DNA of 64,000 nt from positions 22,652,277-22,716,276 of the forward strand of contig NC_069006.1 of assembly GCF_001194135.2 (NCBI RefSeq), in the 5' to 3' direction. Position numbers and translations under genes: made by a program. Positions 10,142 to 22,428 of the stretch are shown in pieces. This stretch comes from Octopus bimaculoides (lineage: Eukaryota). Under the pieces are notes generated by a model that did no database searches, had not been told where the DNA came from, and was given only the letters and a program-made list of their open reading frames with translations. The first letter of the stretch is position 1. Every line of letters starts with the position of its first letter.

Positions 10142-12632
10142 ATCATCATCATTGTCATCATCATTTAATGCCTGCTCTCCCAGCTGGCATGGGTTGAATG
10201 GTTTGACTGAAAACTAGTAAGCCAGGGAGCTGCACCAGGTTCCAGTCTGATTTGGGCAAGGTTTCTAAGGCTGGATGCTCTTCCTAACGCCGACCACTCT
10301 GAGAGTGCAGTGGGTGTTTTTTATGTGCCACCAGCATGGGCACCATTGACCTGACACCAGAAGTCCTACCCTCGTCCCCTTCCTCGGAACTTTCCAGAAA
10401 GTCCTCCCCCTCCCCTTCCAGTATCATACGTATAAAACACATGCAAGCAAGACAGGCAGCTGTTGCAAATGATGATCTTTTAGCGTTTGTGAATGAATGA
10501 ATGAATACGTTATCAATTATAAGACCAAATTTCAGGGTATGGCAAAGCCATTATGAAGGAAATAAGCTATTTAAGCCAGTTGGTATTTGAAAATTCCTCA
10601 ATAAATAGTGAACAAACTTCAGTGCCAGAATGCTAGAAGATTCAGCATCTGATAACAAATAATATGTATATATGCATGTACATATGCATACACACAGACA
10701 CACACACACATGTATATATATGTATATATAAGTATGTATATGTATATATATACATATGTATGTATATGTATATGTCTATATATGTATATGTGTGNNNNNN
10801 NNNNNNNNNNNNNNNNNNNNNNNNNNNNNNNNNNNNNNNNNNNNNNNNNNNNNNNNNNNNNNNNNNNNNNNNNNNNNNNNNNNNNNNNNNNNNNNNNNNN
10901 NNNNNNNNNNNNNNNNNNNNNNNNNNNNNNNNNNNNNNNNNNNNNNNNNNNNNNNNNNNNNNNNNNNNNNNNNNNNNNNNNNNNNNNNNNNNNNNNNNNN
11001 NNNNNNNNNNNNNNNNNNNNNNNNNNNNNNNNNNNNNNNNNNNNNNNNNNNNNNNNNNNNNNNNNNNNNNNNNNNNNNNNNNNNNNNNNNNNNNNNNNNN
11101 NNNNNNNNNNNNNNNNNNNNNNNNNNNNNNNNNNNNNNNNNNNNNNNNNNNNNNNNNNNNNNNNNNNNNNNNNNNNNNNNNNNNNNNNNNNNNNNNNNNN
11201 NNNNNNNNNNNNNNNNNNNNNNNNNNNNNNNNNNNNNNNNNNNNNNNNNNNNNNNNNNNNNNNNNNNNNNNNNNNNNNNNNNNNNNNNNNNNNNNNNNNN
11301 NNNNNNNNNNNNNNNNNNNNNNNNNNNNNNNNNNNNNNNNNNNNNNNNNNNNNNNNNNNNNNNNNNNNNNNNNNNNNNNNNNNNNNNNNNNNNNNNNNNN
11401 NNNNGAAAATTCCTCAATAAATAGTGAACAAACTTCAGTGCCAGAATGCTAGAAGATTCAGCATCTGATAACAAATAATATGTATATATGCATGTACATA
11501 TGCATACACACAGACACACACACACATGTATATATATGTATATGTGGCTTTTTTGCTTAGCCAAACTTGTCACTTATAACCTTCAGCTTTTTTTCTTTTT
11601 TAATTGTTGTTATTATGATAGGTGCAGGCATGGCTGTGTGGGTGGGATGCTTGTTCCCAGCCGTATGGTCCTGGGTTTGGTCCCACCTTGGGGCGATTGT
11701 CTTTTGCTGTGGTCCTGGACCAACCGGGGCCTTGTGGTTGAGTTTGGGAGACGGAAAATGAAGGAAGCCGGTTGTGTGTGTGCGTGTCCAACAACCGCTC
11801 GACAACGGCACGCACACTCAGAGGCATACACACTCAAACATACACACATCCATACACTCAACAGCTTTCTACACAATTTACATCTCCCAAATTCCATTTG
11901 CAAGCCACTAAGATGCTGCACACTGAGATTGAGACCAGAACCATCTGGTTGTGAAGGGAACGTCTTAACCACAACCGCACTGCCATAACTGCTTTCACAC
12001 ACACACATATATATCTTAGAACTACTATTATTGTATAAAAGTACATCTATGTTGACATGACTAAGTAAAAGAATACCTCCCCCTTTCTCTCTCTTCCTCC
12101 CTCTCTCAACACTGCTTTCTTACAACTATGAAGACTATTGTATGACTCTGGACGATTGTTTGTGTTCCAATATAATAACCATATTGTTATATTAGCAATT
12201 GTACCATCGCTGTATATTTACAATGTGTATTGTATTATCTCGCTATTGCTGTTTAAATTGTATTAATTGTTCCTGTTGCAGTTTGAACTGCAGTTTGCTT
12301 TCTTTCATATTTGCATACAATGATGACAAAACTCAATCAGATTGAATAGTATTCGACATTATGATTCCTATTTATGTGAAATTCACTTCTCTTATTCCTC
12401 CTCCAGAAAACTGGTTCAGACATAGCTTTTGATGCTCTCCACATTAAGTAATGCTAACTCTAACTTCCTTATTTGCCAGCCCATTATTAATCCCACTGCA
12501 TTCATTTATCTGTCTATTTATTTATCAACCTCTATGTATCATCACATAATTAGTTCTAATTAACTTTTCAATGTTCACTGCATCAATATATGAACACTAA
12601 TTTATCTGTCTACTTATTTATCTACTTATCTG

Positions 12633-12957
12633 TGAAGGTGCATGACATAGTGGTTAGGGTAGTCGGCTCATAATCATAAGGTCCTGAGTTCAATTCCTGC
12701 CAGTGCATTGCATCCTTGAGCAAGACACTTTATTTCACATTGCTCCAGTCCACTCACCTGGCAAAAGTGAGTTGTACCTGTATTTCAAAGGGTTAGCCTT
12801 GTCACATTTTGTGTCACATTGAATATCACTGAGAACTACATTAAGGGTACACGTGTCTGTGGAGTGCTCAGCCACTTGCACGTTAATTCCACGAGCAGGC
12901 TGTTCCACTAATCGGATCAACTGGAACCCTCATCTTCGTAACTAACAGAGTTCCAGT
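12633..12957 (+). mobile_element. tRNA-derived SINE, family B
   Basis: A-box/B-box-like head (tagtggttaggg...gagttcaattcc), ccttgagcaagacac segment and family B 3' region. Confidence 0.8.
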
Positions 12958-13444
12958 TTGCATCAAATATGTATTTATAGTAACTTAACTCAATGGTAAT
13001 TAGCAACTCTCAGGAGATAATCCCAGTATATGACTGGTATTTTATTTTATTGACCATAGAATAACGATGACTTCAGCAGAATTTAAACTCAGAACATCAA
13101 GGACCACCTCAGTTGAGGGGTTCTGTCTTGCAAGTTACTTTGCAACCTTGTTGCTGCTGTTGGTGCCATGTAAAAAGGTCTGAGTACACACTGTAAAGTG
13201 GTTGGCATTAGGAAGGAAGGGCCTCCAGGCACAGAAACCTTATCAATGCAGACAGCAGGGATTGGTGCAGAGCGGTGGTGGTGGTGGCGGTGGCAGCGGT
13301 GATGATGATGATGATGAAGTATGTCTCCAAGTAGCAGAGGTGATGAATTCAAGAATGTGGCCAAAGTTGTCAGGAAAGTGATAGATAATCTTAAGGACTT
13401 CTTATCAAATAATCTACTGGGTGTAGTCGTTAGTGTCACATAAT

Positions 13445-13745
13445 TATTTTTAATTAGCTCTTTAATCTTTCCTACACTGAATATTTTAACACTAACTTAT
13501 GAATCTGTCTGTCTGTCTAACCACATCAGAATTCCTAATTAGCCTTTAACGATCCCCGTATTAATGTTAACACTAACAATCGGCTTCTGTCCTACTATAT
13601 AATTATTTCTGGTTAATGGTCCCTACATTGAATATTTTAACACTAATTTATCTATCAGTCAGTTTATCTGTCTCACCATATAGTTAGTTCTAGCCAGCTA
13701 ATTAATGCTCCCTGCACAAAACATATTAATATTAATTTAACTCAA
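13445..13745. repeat. Degenerate tandem repeat of about 80-90 bp (taattagctc...ctacactgaatattttaacactaattta)
   Basis: The motif recurs about four times here, with related copies at 12470-12630 and about 39095-39140. Confidence 0.6.
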
Positions 13746-14803
13746 TACATATTAGCAATACTCAGGAAAACAACAACAATATCTAAGGCCTCTGATGACA
13801 TGTGGAATTGAACATTTTCTACCCACCCCATCTTGAAAATCTACAAAATGCCTGCCTGCAGTGGATCTAAGACAATTCTCTCTCTCATTCATTCTTTCCC
13901 TCTCTTGCTCTCTCACTAAGATATTACCATAGTAATAACAAAAGACTTGTCAGTTGGTGTTGTTGATGTTGTTAGCTATAGGACATCCCTTGTTTGCTAG
14001 ACCTGTGATGAAAGCCAGCTGTGACTATATATACATACATACATACATACATGCATGCATATATATATATATATATTACATATTACCACCAGTTGTCAAG
14101 CGGTGGTGGGGGAATCCTCAGGCACATCGACACCCGTACACACATGTGCACACGCACACACACACATGCACAAGCGTGATGGGCTTCTTACAGTTTCCGC
14201 CTGCTAAATCCACTCATAAGGCTTTTGTCAGCCTGAGGGCTATAGTAGAAGACGCTTTTCCAAGGTGTCACACAGTGGGACTGAACCTGGAACCACGTGG
14301 TAGGGAAGCAAACCTCTTACCACACATCCAATGAATGAGATTGTTTATTCTGAGAACGACATTGTAGAGTAGGTGTAACATGCCAGATCTGGCCAGTTTG
14401 AAGATAAAACAGATAGAATATTTGAGCCAAGTATAGTTGGTTTGAATGCTAAAAGATTAAAAATCATACCCAAGACTACACACACACACATTATACACCA
14501 AATTTGTAAAAATATTTTTCTGAGAACAAACCAGTAATTCATTGCATTATATATATGTATATATATATCTGTTTATTGCCACACTGTATAGGATGAGTTA
14601 AAGTGTTTCTCCTTTATCCTGTATCGAATCACAGCTAACATAGGCTATTACTGCCATAAACACGTGCAGCTGCATTCAGAAATGGTGCAACTAGAAAGTT
14701 TGTATCTCTTTTTCACCAGATGTGACTTCATTTATCACATAATATTCAAATGCAAACGGAGGTTTCATACTGTAACCTTATCCTTACTACAGACATGCCA
14801 GCA

Positions 14804-14853
14804 TCAAGTGGATTCGGTTACGGCCATATCAAGGAATTTATCTGCTGCTTCTT
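14804..14853 (-). CDS. Candidate terminal coding exon (EEAADKFLDMAVTEST*) of an unidentified gene
   Basis: AG acceptor at 14854-14855 (minus), open to TGA at 14804-14806; phase 1, compatible with exon 15594-15643. Confidence 0.4.
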
Positions 14854-14996
14854 CTGAATTTCACAACAGAATGCAAGCAAAAAGCTCACACAGGCACCCA
14901 CGCAAAACGTGTGCATGCACGCCCCCCCCCCCATCCTCACCTACATATACATAGATTTATTCAAGAAGATATGTGTTTGTGTGTATATATACATAT

Positions 14997-15425
14997 GCAC
15001 TCTTTTACTTGTTTCAGTCATTTGACTGCGGCCATGCTGGAGCACCACCTTTAGTCGAGCAAATCGACCCCAGGACTTATTCTTTGTAAGCCAAGTACTT
15101 GTTCCGCCGGTCTCTTTTGCCAAACTGCTAAGTTACGGGGATGTAAACACACCACCATCGGTTGTCAAGCGTTGTTGGGGGGACAAACACACACACATAC
15201 ATACACATATATGTATATGTCTGTATTTGTTTGTCTCCTCACACCACTTGACAACTGGTGTCGGTTTGTTTATGTCCCTATAACTTAGCTGTTTGGCATA
15301 AGAGACTGATAAAATAAGGAGACTTAAAAAAATAACTACTAGGATCGATTTGTTTGAGTTGACCCTTCAAGGCAAAGCTTCAGCGTGGGCACAGTCCAAT
15401 GACTGAAACAGATAAAAATAAAACA
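14997..15425. mobile_element. Two inverted copies of SINE 3' segment family D (tgtttgtccccc...gactgaaaca)
   Basis: About 14997-15190 is the minus copy and about 15215-15425 the plus copy; other copies at about 20170, 22810, 26840, 35930 and 63860. Confidence 0.75.
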
Positions 15426-15593
15426 TAAGATTAAAGATTTGAAGTATGAGACATATCTCGGAAATGTTGTTGTGGTGGGGGAAGGCCTCCTGAAAGAATA
15501 TATTTATCTCCATTGATGCAGATTGTATTAAAGAAACAAAGAATATTTACTGAATATTCTGGCAGATTTGATTTCAATTTGGGAAATATAAAC

Positions 15594-15643
15594 CTGAAAC
15601 CAAAAATGCTCTTTCTGAATCTACATTTTCCAGTATGTCGTCG
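15594..15643 (-). CDS. Candidate 50-nt internal exon (DDILENVDSERAFLVS)
   Basis: ccttttag acceptor, CAG|GTTTAT donor (weak); phase 2 in, phase 1 out. Confidence 0.35.
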
Positions 15644-15793
15644 CTAAAAGGTTTTGTTGAAAAGATGATTTTTTTTTTTAATGTAAGTTGTAAAGTCAAA
15701 ATGGCAATTATGGAAATATGAAGAAAGCTTTGCCTCTTCCCTAAAATCACACAAACATGACGAGAGAGAGAGAGATTCAAGGGGATTCTTAAC

Positions 15794-15827
15794 CCATACA
15801 GTACTTTACCATCTAAAGAATGAATGC
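15794..15827 (-). CDS. Candidate 34-nt internal exon (GIHSLDGKVLYG)
   Basis: atttcacaag acceptor, GG|GTTAAG donor; phase 1 in, phase 2 out. Confidence 0.3.
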
Positions 15828-16227
15828 CTTGTGAAATATAATACACTGACATCAAACAGAGCAGTTGTGCACCAGAAAATGAGTTAAGTGTGCTTAAAGA
15901 TGGTAATCCATATGTGTGTGTGTGTGTGTATCATCATCATCATCATTGTTTAACGTCTGCTTTCCATGCTAGCATGGGTTGGACGATTTGACTGAGGACT
16001 TGTGAACCAGGAGGCAACACCAGGCTCCAATCTGATTTGGCACATATATATATATATATATATATATATGATTCTGCCAGCTCACCACCTGAAATGATAA
16101 TAAAAATAATAATAATCTTTTCAAATTTTTAGTGAGGGCCAACAATTTTAGGTGGTGGGGGAGTAATCAGTTCAAACCCAGTGCAAAAACAACAATGATA
16201 TATATCTATACACAGGTACCCATATGA

Positions 16228-16307
<80 letters not shown>

Positions 16308-16785
16308 GTAAATATACATATACACATACATATATACATAAGTAAATATGCATATACATAACCCATGCTAGCATGGAAGGCGGACATTAAACGATGATGA
16401 TGATGATGATGATAATATATATATGTATACACACATGCACAGACACACACATTGTACATATACATACATAAACACATATCTGTATTCCGATACAGATTGC
16501 ACGAAAGTATTCATTTATACACACCTGTACACATCCATCCAACACTAACCAACAAACACTTCTTTCCTGTTGCAATTATTTTTAGCATTTATTTCTCTTT
16601 GTTTTTCTTTTTCACTTTTTTTACCAATGTATCAATGAAATATTCCATTCAAAATCAATACATAAATCAAATATTTCGACAACCACAGTTCCACCAATTG
16701 AATTATTCCACAAACTTACTGAGCTGCATCTCAAAGTACCATCCCCCAAATGTAATTATAACACTTTGAAATTTTCGCTGCTTAC

Positions 16786-16812
16786 CAGCCGCAGTTGCAT
16801 GGACAGAAAGAT
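16786..16812 (-). CDS. Candidate 27-nt micro-exon (DLSVHATAA)
   Basis: Strong G|GTAAGC donor, weak AAG acceptor; phase 1-1. Confidence 0.3.
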
Positions 16813-17529
16813 CTTTCAAATAATATTAAGAACGTTATGAGATCAACAATGTACTAACACAGGTTATCTAATCTGGGCATCTCAGAAGTCAAATCATCTT
16901 TTGCACATGAACTTAATTATGACTGTAATTGATATCTTTGCTAGTTGGAAGGTTAGAAAAAGTTCTCTTTGCAAATTAATATTATCAATGTGATATTTTT
17001 GCGTTGGTAAGATAAACTTGTTTTGATAATGTTCTGACATAATGTTACTTAAGTATTTTTATGTATATCACCAGGAGGCCCTGACTTAGATATCCACTCC
17101 TTTTGGGAGGATCTGTGTTGGCAAAAATTATATGAAATGATATTCTTGAGTTTGGATAAGTTCGTTGCATGGCATTGGAGGGAGCAGCAGATAATGATGT
17201 TTCAGGACTGAATGTATATCTGTGTGTGTGTGTGTATCTATCTATATAAAGATATATATATATATGTTTATATATAAAGATATATATGTGTGTGTGTGTG
17301 TATGGAAGGCAGACATTAAAAGATGATGATATCTATCTATTTATCAATCTATCTATCTATCTATCTATCTATCTANNNNNNNNNNNNNNNNNNNNNNNNN
17401 NNNNNNNNNNNNNNNNNNNNNNNNNNNNNNNNNNNNNNNNNNNNNNNNNNNNNNNNNNNNNNNNNNNNNNNNNNNNNNNNNNNNNNNNNNNNNNNNNNNN
17501 NNNNNNNNNNNNNNNNNNNNNNNNNNNNN

Positions 17530-17564
<35 letters not shown>

Positions 17565-19590
17565 TTCAATTAGGCATAGTGATACTAATAACCTGGTGTT
17601 AGTACTCAATATACTTCTGATACATAACAAACAAATTATTGGGTAGAGAGTTGTAATAAGAAATTTGAATGACAAAAGAATAAGTAATCATGTTATGAAT
17701 GAAGTTCATCGCATAATTACTCACTCGTTTGTCATTCTAGTTCTTTATCACTGCTCTCTCTCTCTCTCTCTCTGTATGTATGTATATATATATATATCAT
17801 CATCATCATCATCATCATCGTTTAACGTCCGCTTTGCATGCTAGCATGGGTTGGACGATTTGACTGAGGACTGGTGAAACCGGATGGCAACACCAGGCTC
17901 CACACACACACACATACATATGTGTATATATTTAGATATACTACGGCTCTATAACTTAGTGTGCTTCTCTTTCAGTGTTTTTCATTGTGTGTGTGTGCAT
18001 GTACTTATGTGGTTTGTTGTGTATGTATATGTGCATGGTTGGAGGTATATATATGTGTGTGTGGGAATGTGTATGCATATGTATGTATGTGTGTATGTAT
18101 GTACATACATGCTTGGTTGTGTGTATGTATGTGTGTGTGTGCATACACATACTTTGTTCTATGTATGAGTGAGTCTATGAATGATTGTGTGAATGTGTAT
18201 GTGAGTGAGTGTGTATGTGTGAGTGAGTGTGTGTGTGTGAGTGATTGTGCATGTGAATGAGTGTGTGTGTGTGTGTGTGTGTGAATGAGTGTGAGTGATT
18301 GTGTTTGAGTGTGTGTGTAAGTGTGTATGCTTGGAGGCATGTTTGTAAATGGTTGTTTGTGTACGAGTGTGTGCGTGTGTGTGTGTGCGTGCATGCGTGT
18401 GTGTGTGTGTGTGTGTGTGTGATTTTATGCATTTATTGATGAGGCAAGTGTTGATGAACTGGAAGCCAATTCTAAATAATTATATTCCTTTTTCCTTTCT
18501 TTCAGAAATCAGGTTTGAAATGATTCTTTAAGGGCACAGTCAGCATGTTTGTGAGCATATGTATGTGTATGTGGGGTGGGGTGGGGGCTGTTCCCTAAAT
18601 GGNNNNNNNNNNNNNNNNNNNNNNNNNNNNNNNNNNNNNNNNNNNNNNNNNNNNNNNNNNNNNNNNNNNNNNNNNNNNNNNNNNNNNNNNNNNNNNNNNN
18701 NNNNNNNNNNNNNNNNNNNNNNNNNNNNNNNNNNNNNNNNNNNNNNNNNNNNNNNNNNNNNNNNNNNNNNNNNNNNNNNNNNNNNNNNNNNNNNNNNNNN
18801 NNNNNNNNNNNNNNNNNNNNNNNNNNNNNNNNNNNNNNNNNNNNNNNNNNNNNNNNNNNNNNNNNNNNNNNNNNNNNNNNNNNNNNNNNNNNNNNNNNNN
18901 NNNNNNNNNNNNNNNNNNNNNNNNNNNNNNNNNNNNNNNNNNNNNNNNNNNNNNNNNNNNNNNNNNNNNNNNNNNNNNNNNNNNNNNNNNNNNNNNNNNN
19001 NNNNNNNNNNNNNNNNNNNNNNNNNNNNNNNNNNNNNNNNNNNNNNNNNNNNNNNNNNNNNNNNNNNNNNNNNNNNNNNNNNNNNNNNNNNNNNNNNNNN
19101 NNNNNNNNNNNNNNNNNNNNNNNNNNNNNNNNNNNNNNNNNNNNNNNNNNNNNNNNNNNNNNNNNNNNNNNNNNNNNNNNNNNNNNNNNNNNNNNNNNNN
19201 NNNNNNNNNNNNNNNNNNNNNNNNNNNNNNNNNNNNNNNNNNNNNNNNNNNNNNNNNNNNNNNNNNNNNNNNNNNNNNNNNNNNNNNNNNNNNNNNNNNN
19301 NNNNNNNNNNNNNNNNNNNNNNNNNNNNNNNNNNNNNNNNNNNNNNNNNNNNNNNNNNNNNNNNNNNNNNNTAGATGTAAGGTCAAGGGATCGAGGTGTA
19401 GGAAGAAAGTTAGCTTCAAGCAGTCCGTAGTAAATATTAAAAAAACTTCTAGGGCCAATTGTGGTTTATTGAGACGGAAGGTTGCCCCAAACTAGCTGCA
19501 GTGAAACCAGTGACCAGGCCATGGTTAGTGTGACAAAAATTTTAACACCAATTAATAAATGTTTACGTGAGGTTAACACTCACACACACA

Positions 19591-19740
19591 CCGGGTGAAA
19601 TGCTTAGCGGTATTTCGTCTGCCGCTACGTTCTGAGTTCAAATTCCGCCGAGGTCGACTTTGCCTTTCATCCTTTCGGGATCGATTAAATAAGTACCAGT
19701 TACGCACTGGGGTCGACGTAATCGACTTAATCCCTTTGTC
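19591..19740 (+). mobile_element. SINE, family A, CpG-intact copy
   Basis: tgcttagcggtatttcgtctgccgctacgttctgagttcaaattccgccgaggtcgactttgcctttcatcctttcggg. Confidence 0.85.
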
Positions 19741-20802
19741 TAAGGTCCCGTTTAAAGGTGTGTAGTGGCATATTTTTCTCTTACACTATAGACATACTCA
19801 AAGACCTTCACAGTTTGAGGAACTTGGTTTTCATGGTGTCCATGTCACACCTTACAGCCTTTATAGTGTTTACAGAGCCTGGAGCAACAGTGAATATTCA
19901 AAGAGCCTTCAGTCCTTCATGTCAGCTCACCTTTTTTTCAGTTACAACTTGAATTTTTATGCTATCTAACGCCGCTGACTGTTTATTAATACATCAAGCT
20001 ATGGTTATTTTCCAGGAGGTTCTGGCCACACGTCTTACGGTTCGTCAACCCGCGTTGTTGAATTACTTGGTGGATTAAAAAAAAAAAGACATAAAAAAAT
20101 CGTCAAATTTGGCCCGAAGCCCTGTAATTTATTCACTCAATACATTTGTCGAAGTTCAGGTATCTTTTATTTTCTACTTGTTTCAGTCATTAGACTGCGA
20201 TCGTGCTGGAGCATCGTCTGGAAGTCGACCTCAGTACTTATATTTATTTTTAAAGTCTGGTATTGGATCTGTTTTCGCTGAATCGCGAGGTTATGGGAAC
20301 GTAAACAAACCAACACCAGTTGCCAAGCGGTGACGGGGAACAAACACATACGTGTGCGTACCAAATAGATTCACAAGGCTTTGGTCGACCTATATTGTGT
20401 AATATAATTACTGAATCCTATTCTATTTTGCAAGGTCCACATAATATATAATATATTCACCGAATACTTCTATTTTGCAATGTCTTGAGAAGTAGACCGC
20501 ATGAGACATGGCTCATCTTCGGGGGGGGGGGCGACATCACTAAAAAACGAATTCAAGATAATTTTTTGTTACGCGTACCACTCAGAAAGTCCTCGAGCTG
20601 CAGATTGCCCATGACTGGAAAAGATATATTCACTAAATATAATTCAGTTTTAAGAGATCCATATGGTGTAATACATTCCCTTAAAACGGTTCTATTTTGC
20701 TGAACCCGTATAGTATAATATATCCACTCACTACNNNNNNNNNNNNNNNNNNNNNNNNNNNNNNNNNNNNNNNNNNNNNNNNNNNNNNNNNNNNNNNNNN
20801 NN

Positions 20803-21150
20803 CCCAATGGTTAGGGCAGCGGACTCGCGGTTTCGATTCCCAGACCGGGCGTTGTGAGTGTTTATTGAGCGAAAACACCTAAAGTTCCACGAGGCTCCGG
20901 CAGGGGTGGGGGTGGCGAACCCTGCTGTACTCTTTCACTCTTACTTCCTGTTTCTGTTGTGCCTGTATTTCAAAGGGCCAGCCTTGTCACACTGTGTCAC
21001 GCTGAATATCCTCGAGAACTACGTTAAGGGGTACACGTGTCTGTGGAGTGCTCAGCCACTTGCACGTTAATTTCACGAGCAAGCTGTTCCGTTGATCGGA
21101 TCAACTGGAGCCCTCGACGTCGTAAGCGACGGAGTGCGAACAACAACAAC
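20803..21150 (+). mobile_element. tRNA-derived SINE, family B variant with (CAA)n tail
   Basis: tRNA-like head ccaatggttagggcagcggactcgcggtttcgattccc, family B 3' region, caacaacaac tail. Confidence 0.8.
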
Positions 21151-21599
21151 AAAATGTAGTAAATGCTACAATCTCTAAATATACTGCTAGTTTGCCAGGT
21201 CCTTATAATGTATATATTCATTCACTGAACTCAGTCAAAGCCTTTATCAACCGAAACAACCCATTTGTCTCCCTTGAATATGTTGTCCCACACACGGTGT
21301 TATATGTTTACTCTTAATTTACAACCTAAGATCGATAAATCTGTTTACTCTTATGATTAACTATATATACTTGTTTTATTGTAAAATTGACTTTATTCTT
21401 CTAAAATATGTGAAAACAAGAGACTTTTTTTTCCATTTTAATCACAAAAAATCTATTAAAACTCCCTTAATTTGCTTCCATGTGATAGTTTAAGAACATT
21501 TATTATAGCTATGTATACATCGCATTTTCTTTAAGTTTATGGAATAGAATTTATAAAAAGCAACAGTTTTTGTTGGATTTATAACATTATCATCGGTTA

Positions 21600-22050
21600 A
21601 TGGTATTATTCAGATAGAAAAGACTGATATACAAGGCAAGATAATTTAATCTCCTCGGGCTCATTTTAAGATGGGAACTATTGTTTGTATATTCAAGATG
21701 GAGGTTCGACGCTGGGAGGTTTGTTCATATTGCAGGTAAGAAATTCCTCAACTGAAGAACCAATTACTGTGGCCTTTCACCTTTTCAAACCTCGCTGTTA
21801 TTACCCTCCATAGAATAAACTAGTCTCAGTGCGGTTTTATTCGCGTTTCTCATGAGCTATTTCGGCCGTGCTGTCTCGGTGATGGCTATTTTAATTTATC
21901 GGAATAGCCAGTACGTTCGTTGGCTCTCTCTCACAGACAGCCCCTTTCAGTGTCCTTGCTGGCGAAATCGTCATCGCTGGACAAAAGGCTATCGTTCTCT
22001 CTTGTGTAACATTAGTCAGCTCGTTAAGAACGACGGGGATCTATGCATGC
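21600..22050 (+). promoter_or_regulatory. CpG-retaining unique region with a candidate first exon (consensus donor CAG|GTAAG after 21735); possible promoter of the zinc-finger gene
   Basis: Non-repetitive, CpG-rich relative to the flanks; caagATGG context at 21698. The linkage to the zinc-finger exon is inference. Confidence 0.35.
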
Positions 22051-22393
22051 GTATACGTGTTTGTGTGTGTGTGTATACACGTATATATATATACATATAT
22101 GTATTATTAATATAATTCATAAGCAAACCAAATAGCTTAATTATTCTTTCTTTTATTTTCGTTTAATGCTAATTAAGAATTTGTTTCTGGATTTGTCTTC
22201 ATATCCGAAAAAGAAACAAATATTAAATTACAATATACGACGGACTTTTATATAGTTTACTCGTTGACAAGGTTGATATTTTTATTAAATTTTTTTTTAA
22301 TGTATAACGTAAACAAACAAACCACGGACTATTTTGTTGAAGAAAAGCAGAAAAAAAAAACAAAAAAACTTTTAGCTGATCTAGTAACATGTA

Positions 22394-22428
<35 letters not shown>

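Noticed and set aside
9703-10217. 164-aa and neighbouring plus-strand ORFs
   Set aside because: They are antisense to an RTE-like LINE 3' end, and the internal repeat comes from a duplication in its UTR.
10589-11543. Identical 139-bp sequence on both sides of a gap (10589-10727 and 11405-11543)
   Set aside because: Exact duplication beginning right at the gap edge most likely reflects unmerged contig overlap rather than LTRs or a biological duplication.
18559-19495. Long ORFs consisting mostly of X (also at 5.0, 7.5, 10.7, 38, 45, 46.5, 57.4 and 59.4 kb)
   Set aside because: They are artefacts of N gaps having no stop codons.
20803-20870. tRNA-like sequences at SINE heads (also 12633 and 24901)
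   Set aside because: They have A/B-box similarity only, no complete cloverleaf, and continue into SINE bodies.
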